The notes below the pieces were generated by a model. That model made no database searches, was not told where the DNA came from, and was given only the letters and a program-made list of their open reading frames with translations. A stretch of DNA of 63,723 nucleotides, filler included, from Octopus bimaculoides (Eukaryota): assembly GCF_001194135.2 (NCBI RefSeq). It is 9 parts of 8 records of this genome, joined end to end, with 100 filler letters (N's around TTAATTAATTAA, not from the genome) between each part and the next. Parts side by side here need not be neighbours in the genome. Positions count along the whole stretch, not along the records: positions 1 to 21,487 come from NC_068989.1; positions 21,588 to 35,855 come from NC_069005.1; 7 more parts are not named here. One strand, given 5' to 3'. The position numbers and the translations under genes were made by a program. Below are positions 12,103 through 22,445 of the stretch, piece by piece. The stretch's first letter is position 1. Each line of letters starts with the position of its first letter.

Positions 12103-12564
12103 GTACAGCGATTTGCGCATTACATTATATAGATAAACAAGCTGATAACGTATTGCAACAGCAATTCACTTACGAAATCTATTGTTAATGAAGCCTTTGG
12201 ACAAGATTTATTATTTAAAAACAACAAGATAACATATTTTTAATGAACGATGATACATTCCTCTGGTAACCAACATTTTGGATATTAATGTCGAATGCCA
12301 TAAATTAAATGATATCGTTCATTCAGTACACAGAAGTGCGTTGAGGAACCAGCTGGCGGAAGCTTAGCATACTTTTCCAAGATCACAGCAAATGAGTGGC
12401 TATGCTAGATCAGAACTGATTTTTACATAACTACAATAATCTTAAGATAGATTGATCATTTAAATTCCACTAATATTTCTCTTTTGATAATTTTTCTTTT
12501 CTCTGTTTATACTTTAAAAGGAATAATATAATACACCTAATAATAATAATAATAATAATAATTA

Positions 12565-12725
12565 ATTCGTTTTATTGGTCACAAGGGCTAATATCAAGTA
12601 AAAACATGTAAGGACAAGGACAGGACGAAGGTTACAAAAGGTTTTGTACGAAAGGTAGGAAAGTTCGTCTAAACAGAGGAAGAAAACGGAGAAAGATATA
12701 ACAAATAAATAGATAAATAAATAGA

Positions 12726-12760
<35 letters not shown>

Positions 12761-13190
12761 ATAGAATNNNNNNNNNNNNNNNNNNNNNNNNNNNNNNNNN
12801 NNNNNNNNNNNNNNNNNNNNNNNNNNNNNNNNNNNNNNNNNNNNNNNNNNNNNNNNNNNNNNNNNNNNNNNNNNNNNNNNNNNNNNNNNNNNNNNNNNNN
12901 NNNNNNNNNNNNNNNNNNNNNNNNNNNNNNNNNNNNNNNNNNNNNNNNNNNNNNNNNNNNNNNNNNNNNNNNNNNNNNNNNNNNNNNNNNNNNNNNNNNN
13001 NNNNNNNNNNNNNNNNNNNNNNNNNNNNNNNNNNNNACGGGAGCCTGGTCAGAAAAAAGAAGAAAGGGGTATAGAGCCCTTTCTCCTTTTACATTACCTT
13101 CTTTTTTTTTTTCTACAGGTGTATTCTCAGAATTGGTCCGTTTATACTGGCCATTCTTCCAACAGTCACCCATCTTTCAACAAATTTGCT
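12565..13190 (-). mobile_element. Probable 3' end of an L1/Tx1-like LINE, spanning a gap
   Basis: Minus strand reads gttgaaagatgggtgactgttgga (VERWVTVG, an ORF2-end-like motif), then a T-rich UTR and ccaataaaaacg with a short-repeat tail. Confidence 0.4.
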
Positions 13191-13333
13191 ATGAGAATAA
13201 TTGATTCCTTTGTATGCATATACATATAAATGTATAGATATGTATTTATGTATATTTATGTATATGTATATGTAAAAGTGTGTATATATGTATGTATTTA
13301 TATTTATAACTTAACCTTATGAACATTCTAAAC

Positions 13334-13455
13334 TCTCTGACGAAGCCCAGAGGCCCACCCAAGTACCTTAATCTTATCTACCAAATACTTCAGTTCACTG
13401 AAGGGATGGAAGTAAAGTGGAGTACTATAACCTCTTGGCTGAAACAGCTGTAAGA
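13334..13455 (+). ncRNA. Type I hammerhead ribozyme-like motif with a long loop 2
   Basis: CTGACGA (13337-43), stem II AGCCCAGAGG/CCTCTTGGCT (9 of 10 pairs), GAAA (13441-44), palindromic stem III CAGCTG, GUA cleavage triplet (13450-52), 3-bp stem I tct/aga. Confidence 0.65.
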
Positions 13456-13904
13456 TACTATTCTACTTCCGATGATCTACGTTATATATTTTAATAATTA
13501 CTGGTATTTTTATATTTTTATATATTATATATGTAAAGCATAATATGTTATACATGTGTGTATATTGCTATAATGGTTTCTTAAAAAAATAAATAAATAG
13601 ACATAATATAATGTCAAAAAGTTGATGAATACCACCTCATAATCCCCTCCATTTTCTTATTGCTGTATAAATTATGGGTAAAACAACTTTTTACCCTCAC
13701 CCATTCATTACATTCAGTAGTGTAATTGCCATACAATGAAAAAACACTTGTGTATTAATAATTGGGTATTCTACCAGCAGTATATTGGATAGATATTATC
13801 CCTTAGTTGGTTGGATTCACAACCTCTAACTCTCTTAGAATTATATATATATATATATTTAAATAATAAGGGTGAAAATTGAATATTAATTTGATTAATA
13901 TCAA

Positions 13905-14075
13905 TTTACAGAGGAAACAGCAGTTGCACTTTTACAAGAAAACAATCTTCTGGATACATCACAAGAAGCAGACCCTTGTCATCGATGTGGTAGTGTCATG
14001 CAAGAAAAACGAAAACGTGACAGAAATGGAAAATACCGGTCTATATTTCGCTGTCCTCGCACGCTGAAGTGTAAA
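13905..14075 (+). pseudogene. Possible Merlin/ISXO2-like transposase N-terminal fragment
   Basis: Reads FTEETAVALLQENNLLDTSQEADPCHRCGSVMQEKRKR..., then after a frameshift FRCPR. This zinc-ribbon pattern resembles ISXO2-like N-termini (family call from recall). Confidence 0.45.
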
Positions 14076-14996
14076 AGGGTAGGAAAAGGTAGATCGCACG
14101 CTAAAAGTAATTTCACAGCGTAGACAGGATACCGCGGTAGACCGTACTCTCAAGTAACACCGGCAAAAATATACATTGATAGAACTCCAGTTGAAGCACT
14201 TAGTGTTGTATTGTTGTTGGTTTTTCTCTTTCTTCTCTTTTTTTATTTTTTCTCTCCCCTTTTTTGTTTTTTTTTGTTTTTTCCCTCGCTTTTGTTTTCT
14301 TTTCTTTGTCTTCCTTTAGTGAAAACTTATATTATGGAAGAATCATGACTATTGTTTAGGATTTGTATTTTAATTAAATAGATAAGTTCGACAAAAATGT
14401 AATGCGCCTGAAGAAACATTACAACTTTTTTTTTTTTTTCGTTACTCTAACGCTACCTTTTTCCAAGTAACAGATAATATGTATATTTTAAAAAGAAAAG
14501 AAATGTTTGGATTTCAACTCTCTACTAATTTTCAAGAAATTAAAACTGTATGTACGCTGATAGGTCTATGAACAAAAAAGAATTATTNNNNNNNNNNNNN
14601 NNNNNNNNNNNNNNNNNNNNNNNNNNNNNNNNNNNNNNNNNNNNNNNNNNNNNNNNNNNNNNNNNNNNNNNNNNNNNNNNNNNNNNNNNNNNNNNNNNNN
14701 NNNNNNNNNNNNNNNNNNNNNNNNNNNNNNGAAAACTTATATTATGGAAGAATCATGACTATTGTTTAGGATTTGTATTTTAATTAAATAGATAAGTTCG
14801 ACAAAAATGTAATGCGCCTGAAGAAACATTACAACTTTTTTTTTTTTTCGTTACTCTAACGCTACCTTTTTCCAAGTAACAGATAATATGTATATTTTAA
14901 AAAGAAAAGAAATGTTTGGATTTCAACTCTCTACTAATTTTCAAGAAATTAAAACTGTATGTACGCTGATAGGTCTATGAACAAAAAAGAATTATT

Positions 14997-15088
14997 CGCC
15001 CGCAGAGGGACTCGAACCCGCGACCCTCAGATCACTTTTGAGGATAGCTCTTAAAAGTCTGATGCTCTACCGACTGAGCTATGCGGGC
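14997..15088 (-). tRNA. tRNA-Lys(UUU): tRNA-Lys(UUU), intron-containing (intron 15033-15051), intact
   Basis: Exons identical to 12011-12102; different intron agagctatcctcaaaagtg; T6 terminator downstream. Flanks 14861-15420 are homologous to 11875-12440. Confidence 0.93.
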
Positions 15089-16385
15089 GGACAGCAATTC
15101 ATGCCTTACATTATATAGATAAACAAGCTGATAACGTATCTTGAGGACTGCAATTGCAAGAGCAATTCACTTGATAAATCTATTGTTTATGAAGCCTAAA
15201 GTATTCTATGGACAAGATTTATTGTTTAAAAACAACACGATAACATATTTTTAATGAACGATAATACATTCTCCTGGTAACCAACAGATGCCATAAATTA
15301 AATGATATCATTCATTCAGTACACAGAAGTGCGTTGAGGAACCAGCTGGCGGAAGCTTAACATGCTTTTCCAATATCACAGCCAATGAGTGGCTATGCTA
15401 GATTAGAACTGATTTTTCACTTAACAATAACAATGAAAACACCTCCATATGATTACTTGAAGTAATCGGACCTCAAAAATATGAATTTTTTTTTTTTTTT
15501 TTTTAAATACTCTTTTTCACTTTTTGTTTTTTTGCCCACAGTCACAAATTTTCCAGTTGATGAAATACAAATAAAAAAGAAATTGTCGAAAAAACTAAAT
15601 TAAATTAAAAGCAAAGAGTAACATCACATCTGGTTATAGGTGATGTTTCAATGACAACTCTGATTAGCCGTTTATACTTCATTGCTACGATCGGGATNNN
15701 NNNNNNNNNNNNNNNNNNNNNNNNNNNNNNNNNNNNNNNNNNNNNNNNNNNNNNNNNNNNNNNNNNNNNNNNNNNNNNNNNNNNNNNNNNNNNNNNNNNN
15801 NNNNNNNNNNNNNNNNNNNNNNNNNNNNNNNNNNNNNNNNNNNNNNNNNNNNNNNNNNNNNNNNNNNNNNNNNNNNNNNNNNNNNNNNNNNNNNNNNNNN
15901 NNNNNNNNNNNNNNNNNNNNNNNNNNNNNNNNNNNNNNNNNNNNNNNNNNNNNNNNNNNNNNNNNNNNNNNNNNNNNNNNNNNNNNNNNNNNNNNNNNNN
16001 NNNNNNNNNNNNNNNNNNNNNNNNNNNNNNNNNNNNNNNNNNNNNNNNNNNNNNNNNNNNNNNNNNNNNNNNNNNNNNNNNNNNNNNNNNNNNNNNNNNN
16101 NNNNNNNNNNNNNNNNNNNNNNNNNNNNNNNNNNNNNNNNNNNNNNNNNNNNNNNNNNNNNNNNNNNNNNNNNNNNNNNNNNNNNNNNNNNNNNNNNNNN
16201 NNNNNNNNNNNNNNNNNNNNNNNNNNNNNNNNNNNNNNNNNNNNNNNNNNNNNNNNNNNNNNNNNNNNNNNNNNNNNNNNNNNNNNNNNNNNNNNNNNNN
16301 NNNNNNNNNNNNNNNNNNNNNNNNNNNNNNNNNNNNNNNNNNNNNNNNNNNNNNNNNNNNNNNNNNNNNNNNNNNNNNNNNNNNN

Positions 16386-16550
16386 TGGTGGTGTGTTTAC
16401 GTCCCCATTACTTAGCGGTTCGGCAAAAGACACCGATAGAATAAGTACGAGGCTTCCAAAGAATAAGTCCTGGGGTCGATTTGCTCGACTAAAGGCTGTG
16501 CTCCAGCATGGCCGCAGTCAAATGACTGAAACAAGTAAAAGAGTAAAAGA
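16386..16550 (+). mobile_element. SINE family A, 3' part after a gap
   Basis: tggtggtgtgtttacgtcccc...ccagcatggccgcagtcaaatgactgaaacaag matches 47085-47250. Confidence 0.75.
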
Positions 16551-17131
16551 AATGTAACTACATTACAATAAAAGTACATTCTATTGTTATAAAAATGAAA
16601 GAACGTGATCACCTTGGTGTTGTTTAGAAACAACCTGCAAGGGAGTTAACTTCAATAAAATTTTTGAAAATACTGAGAAAGAAGTAAAGGATAGAAGCTG
16701 GATTTTCAAGTCATTTTATCTCAGAAAGTAAGGAACCGGAATACAAACAGCAAGGCATTTTGTCCGCAATTCCGTCAATTCCCCTGTCTCACCTTCGTGC
16801 GCAATAAACTTGTTAATATTCTATTCTAATTTAGGCAGGATGCCAGCAATTTTGAGCGGAGTGGTTAGTCGTTTGCATCGAGCCCTATGCTTCACTGACG
16901 TCACTGGACAACATTTAAAAAAAAAAAAATTCTGCTACATGAGATGTTTTTACTGATTCTGTCTTTTTTTTGTGCTAATTTCAAATCTGTAATCGGCTTT
17001 GCTCTCAATGCTCAAGTTTTCTTGTAATTTGAAGATTAACTTTTTATACATTTATAGTTAAATTTCACATATTGAGACACATATATCCTACTTACAAAGA
17101 ACTGACTATTGTGTTTTTTGCAGATCTGATC

Positions 17132-17280
17132 ATGGCTTCTTCAAGTAGACATAGATGTGAATAATCCTGATGGCTTCCGCTACATCTCTGGCTCCTTCAC
17201 ACATATTCGTCAAAGGCACAATGTCACATTGTTTGTGGGACGGACTTATAAAGCCTATGTTGGAGTGATGAAAGTCACAG
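17132..17280 (+). pseudogene. N-terminal fragment of a DNA-transposon-type protein
   Basis: MASSSRHRC / NNPDGFRYISGSFTHIRQRHNVTLFVGRTYKAY resembles the decayed C-x-N-x-P-D-x-F-C-Y-I-C-G...AY N-terminus of a widespread animal transposon-derived family. Superfamily not assigned. Confidence 0.45.
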
Positions 17281-17713
17281 TTGAATATTCAGCGACCTTC
17301 GAACAAAAGAAGCCAGAACAAACATTAAAAAGAATTTTTTTCCCTTTACATTCTAACGATTCTGCTATCTTACTGTCTATACCTATTTAAACACAAAGCT
17401 AGCAATTTTGCAGGAAGCGTCTTAGTCGATACTATTGCCCCAGTACTTTGCTTGTTTGGTACTTCAGTACTTCGCTGGGAATTGAACACAGAATGTAAAG
17501 AAACGGAACAATTTGTTTCGACATTCTAACGATTCTACCAGCTCACCGTCTTTACCCAGAAAGAAATAATATAACACTTCTAAAGAGAAGGGAAACATTT
17601 TGATCTCAAAGCAGTAGGAAGACTCAGATGAAGCTAAAACTGTGATTCCATTAAGAGGTCAACTATTCAATAAGCAAAATCCAAAAGAAAAAAAGAGAAA
17701 AAAGATGCGCGTA

Positions 17714-17771
17714 ATCACCTGTAACGATAATTCTTAGAAGTCTGACGCTCTACCGACTGAGCTATGCGGGC
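17714..17771 (-). pseudogene. tRNA-Lys-body half gene (5' exon + 19-nt intron), UCU anticodon
   Basis: GCCCGCATAGCTCAGTCGGTAGAGCGTCAGACTTCTA + agaattatcgttacaggtg + AT; the rest of the 3' exon is missing. Confidence 0.8.
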
Positions 17772-19414
17772 GTGGGGACTTGCTACATCCCATATTATGT
17801 ATAACGCAAGATAAATAATGCTTTGTACATAGAATCAGTGGGGTGAAAGATCTTTGACAGTTTATTGTTTGTGACGAACTGACATACAAAATATCAACTA
17901 TAAAATGTTCGACATATTTTATGCTCCACTGATTTATTCCACATAGATAAGTTAGCTTTGTTTAAAAAAAAAAAAACAATTCGAAGGGACAGAAGAGAGA
18001 AAAATCAAAGACGTGATCCGAATTCTAGCAACAGAATGGACTTCGCTAAAGAAACATAATGTTCAAGATGAGGATATTAAATCGTGTAACGGGTTAAGTC
18101 TTTCACCCATTTAGGACATGGCGGGATTTGAACTTAGAATGCAATGTGTTGTAACATATACTGCGAAGTAATTGTGTCGCATGCTCTAACGACACATTTT
18201 ACCATCCCAGTAGGAAAAAAAATTAAAAAAAGAAAAAAGTAGATGGATACAGAGAGAGAGTGGGGGAAGAGAAAGAGAGCATCATAGTAAAAGTCCTTAA
18301 TTTCAATGAACGACAGAACGTGAACATGGTAATATCCTAATCAACATGTGCTTAAATTACATCCAAATGATATTTTTCTACCTTAAAAGATGATGGCAGG
18401 GGTAGAACAAGCAATGCAGTCCTATCAGGGGTAAGGTGAAACCAGACAGCATCAACCGCGACCTCTAGGAATGATTAAAATATAAAACCAAGCAAAGGAG
18501 TTAACAACTTTAACATCAACTGACTGAAATGTTTGCAACATATACAATAGGAATGAACTCGATATTTAAAGACATTTCTTTTCTATGTCACCTAATGTCA
18601 TAGCTAAATCAGTAAATTTAAAATCAAACATATTCAAACAATGACTATCCTGTTTATTTAGGATTGTATGCTATGATATTTAATGTGCATCAAAATAGCA
18701 TTGTGAAAGTTCAGAGAGATTTCGCTGCAGTTAATTGTAGATCAATAGACCGCAAATATGCTCCGAAAAACTCATGCACAATCTCAATCCATCCTTTTCC
18801 AAAATGAATCCTACTGAAATAACTTCGCTCCATACAGCCGCACACATACACACGTACGCGCATACACGCACAAACACGCACACACATATAGATATATTTA
18901 CAGCTAAGCCCAGTTTCACCCGGTCGGTTTGGATGATGTGGCTGTAAAACCTGCTCTGTGTTAACATTCGACTTGTTTGGGCACGCTTACGTTTAAACAC
19001 AATTTTAGAATGTCTTTTTTTTCTGTCAAAACGCTAAAAATAACTAACCAACAAAAAAAATAATAAATAAATAAACCAACCAAGATTCAACCGAATCAAA
19101 AAATAAACCCAAATACTAAGCGAACAAAGATGAACTATCCCACTTACATTGCGTGCACACGCACACACACACACACACATTCACATACCCCATTTTACAT
19201 AGACACACATATATTCACACAGAGATGAAACGCAGTTTGATTTATTTTTTCAGAAGTGGAAGAAATACCGATGAGCATTTTGCCAGTTCAATGAAATTAT
19301 CAACAGAATTCTTCACAAACTACAGTAGAGAGAGAGGTGATAATTTTGTGGACGTAAAACTTAACATAAAACTAAGACTGTGACCTAGAAGTAAAAATCT
19401 TCAAAACGGATATA

Positions 19415-19506
19415 CGCAGGCAGAGGGACTCGAACCCGCGACCCTCAGATAACCTCCAAGGTTAGTATAAAAAAGTCTGATGCTCTACCGACTGAGCTAT
19501 GCGGGC
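19415..19506 (-). pseudogene. tRNA-Lys(UUU) probable pseudogene with 19-nt intron (19451-19469)
   Basis: Full length, but A37 changed to T creates a T6 run, and the acceptor stem has C3.U70 and C4.C69 mismatches. Confidence 0.8.
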
Positions 19507-19914
19507 GATCAATCAATCGCTTATCATATTATGTATAAAAGCAAGATTGATAAGGCTTTGTTCATTGCGCTTTGCGATGACAGTTCATTCACAGTCAGTT
19601 GCTTCTGACGAACTGAAATGTAAAAATAAACGTTAGTAAAGGTTCGACAGTATTTTATGCACCACCGATTAATTCATCCACTTAGATACGTTAGTTTTTC
19701 TTATTAAAAGCAATTCTTTTAGTAGGGTGGGAAGCAGACCACGTGACCTTACATAGGATCTCGGAAATTTGTGGAGGATAGGAAGAGAAGAAAACCGAAC
19801 ACGTTCCCTGATTTCTAGCCGTAGAGTGAACTTCGCTAAAGACACACAAAGATCGAGTTGGTAATATTAAATCGTGATACGGTTGAAGTATACCACTGAC
19901 GGAGGACATAGCAG

Positions 19915-20884
19915 GGATCTTTCTGATTTGGCGGACACTACTTGTTTTCTTAACGAAACACTTTCAAACTTGGGACACTGGTAGACTGTGTCATATAAAG
20001 CATCTCTTACTCTTAGTGTTGTTGAGAAAAGTTTATATTTTTAAAGTTATTTCGTGTTAAAATTGTCGTATTCCGGTAATTTCAACCAATCAGTGACGTC
20101 TATTGAGGTGAAAACAATTACTGCTGTGGATTGTAAACAATACGTTGTGACGGTGTAATGGGATCTTTTCCCTTGAATAAAATTAGTGCCGTTGTTTGTC
20201 AACAACAACTATCGACGGTACTGTTATTTATGACATCGTACGTGTGTTTGTACTGGTTTTAGCTTTAGGGTTTTAGGGTTAGGGTTCGGGTTTTAGGTTT
20301 AGGTTTAGGGTTAGGGTTATGAGTATTTTTGCCAAATTTAGGGAAAATCTGTTCAATACACAGCCACAAATTTTTCCCCAAATTTGGCAAAAATACTCAT
20401 AACCTAACCCAATCCTAACCCTAACCCTAACCCTAACTCCCTAACCCTAACTCCCTAACCCTAACTCCCTAACCCTAACTTCCTAACCCTAACCCTAACT
20501 CTAAAACCCGAACCCTAACCCTAAAACCCTAAAGCTAAAACCAGTACAAACGCACGAACGATGTCATAGATAACAGTATCGCCGATAGTTGTTGTTGACA
20601 AATAACGGCACTAAGTTTATTCAAGGGAAAAGATCCCATTACACCGCTAGAACGTGTTGTTTACATTCCACAGCAGTAATTGCTTTCACCTCAATAGACG
20701 TCAGTGATTGATTGAAATTACCGAAATACGACAACTTTTAACATGAAATAAGTTTGAATATAAAAACTTTTCTCTGTTCTATAAGACAAAATATACAAGT
20801 ATACGAAGTTTTAAAGTGTTTCGGTAGAAAACACACTAAATAAAAACTAAATAAAGAATGGTGCCCGCCAAATCAGAAGGATCT
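19915..20884. mobile_element. 970-bp foldback MITE (hAT-like 8-bp TSD) with internal inverted (TTAGGG)n/(CCCTAA)n arms
   Basis: About 24-bp TIRs (ggatctttctgatttggcggacac vs agatccttctgatttggcgggcac). TSD catagcag (19907-14) / cataccag (20885-92). The paralogous empty site at about 18115 reads aggacatggcgggatttgaac. Confidence 0.85.
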
Positions 20885-21164
20885 CATACCAGGATTTGAA
20901 CTGAGAGTGCAGTGCGTTATAACGTATACTGCAAAGTATAATGCTCCACACACTAATGGCATAAAGGAAGAGAGAGAGAGGGATAGATAGAGAGAGGGGG
21001 GGTAGAGAAAGAGAGAAAGCATCATAGTAAAATTTCTTAATTTGAATGTACGACGGAACGTGAACATGGTAACTTTTCCTCAAGATACACCTAAATTACA
21101 TCCAAATCATATTCTTCTATCTTAAAGATGATGGAAGTGTAGAGCGACAGGCAATGCAGTCCTA

Positions 21165-21487
21165 AACTAACCCTAACTCTAGAATCCGAACTCTAAAATT
21201 GTTACACACATAGATACGCACAGCGTAATTTATTATATAAACAATATATGCGTATAAATTACGATTAAACCGGATGAAATATGTCACAGGGAATAACATT
21301 TTTATGACCGCCCAGCAGTAACTTTATTCATCTGAATAGACGTCAGTGATTGGTTGAAATTACAGAAATACGACAACTTTAACATGGAATAACTTGCGAT
21401 GTACGTTTTTTTGTTAAGAAGACTAAGAGTAAAAGATGTTTTATATGACACATTCTACCAGTGTCCCAAGTTTCAAAGTGTTTCGTT
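21165..21487. mobile_element. Further partial copy of the same MITE, cut by a spacer
   Basis: taaccctaactc start; reverse-complement match to 19945-20110. Confidence 0.7.
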
Positions 21488-21587
21488 NNNNNNNNNNNNN
21501 NNNNNNNNNNNNNNNNNNNNNNNNNNNNNNNTTAATTAATTAANNNNNNNNNNNNNNNNNNNNNNNNNNNNNNNNNNNNNNNNNNNN
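21488..21587. other. Artificial 100-nt scaffold spacer (also at 35856, 42603, 45696, 50073, 53489, 59849, 62330)
   Basis: Each is exactly 44 N + TTAATTAATTAA (stop codons in all six frames) + 44 N. Confidence 0.97.
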
Positions 21588-21625
<38 letters not shown>

Positions 21626-21755
21626 GTGTTACCTATTCTATAATACATGTATATTACATATATATTATTTGCACAGGAACACACGCGCAAACACAAGAAC
21701 ACACATACATACGCACACACGCGCCCTCTCGCACATAGGCGCACATAGATATTTA

Positions 21756-21789
<34 letters not shown>

Positions 21790-22153
21790 TATATAGTGAA
21801 TAAATATGCGAATTTAAGAATGAAATCTGGTCCTACCGTTGGTTTGCGTTGTGGTTGTTGTTGTTTTTTGTCGTCTCCAGAATCCGTAGAGTTGATAAAT
21901 ATAGCAGAGACAAATGACAAGTTGTGATAATAATAATAATAGTAATAATAATGATAATAACAGAAAGAGACAACAGAGAGAGAGAGAGAGAGAGAGGGAA
22001 TGAGTAAAAAGGGAGGTAAGTATTGACAATGAGGGGGGAGTGAAAAAGGGAGGCGTTAGAGAGATAAAGCGGATAATAGAGAAAGTTATGTTATGGGAGG
22101 GAGAGCGCGAGGTGAGCGATCATAAAACGAGACGGAGAACGAGAATGAATGAA

Positions 22154-22188
<35 letters not shown>

Positions 22189-22242
22189 TTCGGAGAGAGG
22201 GAAGGGATGACAAAACGAGAGAAAAATCAAGAAAGACAGAGA

Positions 22243-22445
22243 GATGGAGAGAAGGGGAGAGAGAGATGGAGAGAAGGGGAGAGAGAGATGGAGAGAAGGG
22301 GAGAGAGAGATGGAGAGAAGGGGAGAGAGAGATGGANNNNNNNNNNGGGAGAGAGAGATGGAGAGAAGGGGAGAGAGAGATGGAGAGAAGGGGAGAGAGA
22401 GATGGAGAGAAGGGGAGAGAGAGATGGAGAGAAGGGGAGAGAGAG
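22243..22445. repeat. 22-bp purine minisatellite (gatggagagaaggggagagaga)n
   Basis: Period 22 visible at 22265, 22287 and 22309; interrupted by a 10-N gap. Confidence 0.9.

Noticed and set aside
15651-16557. Long ORFs in the track that run through N blocks (also 32205-34465, 39101-40231, 46259-47151, 58455-58952)
   Set aside because: Their length comes from untranslatable N runs.
21532-21543. TTAATTAATTAA as a recurring biological motif
   Set aside because: Always centred in exactly 44+44 N; a synthetic spacer.
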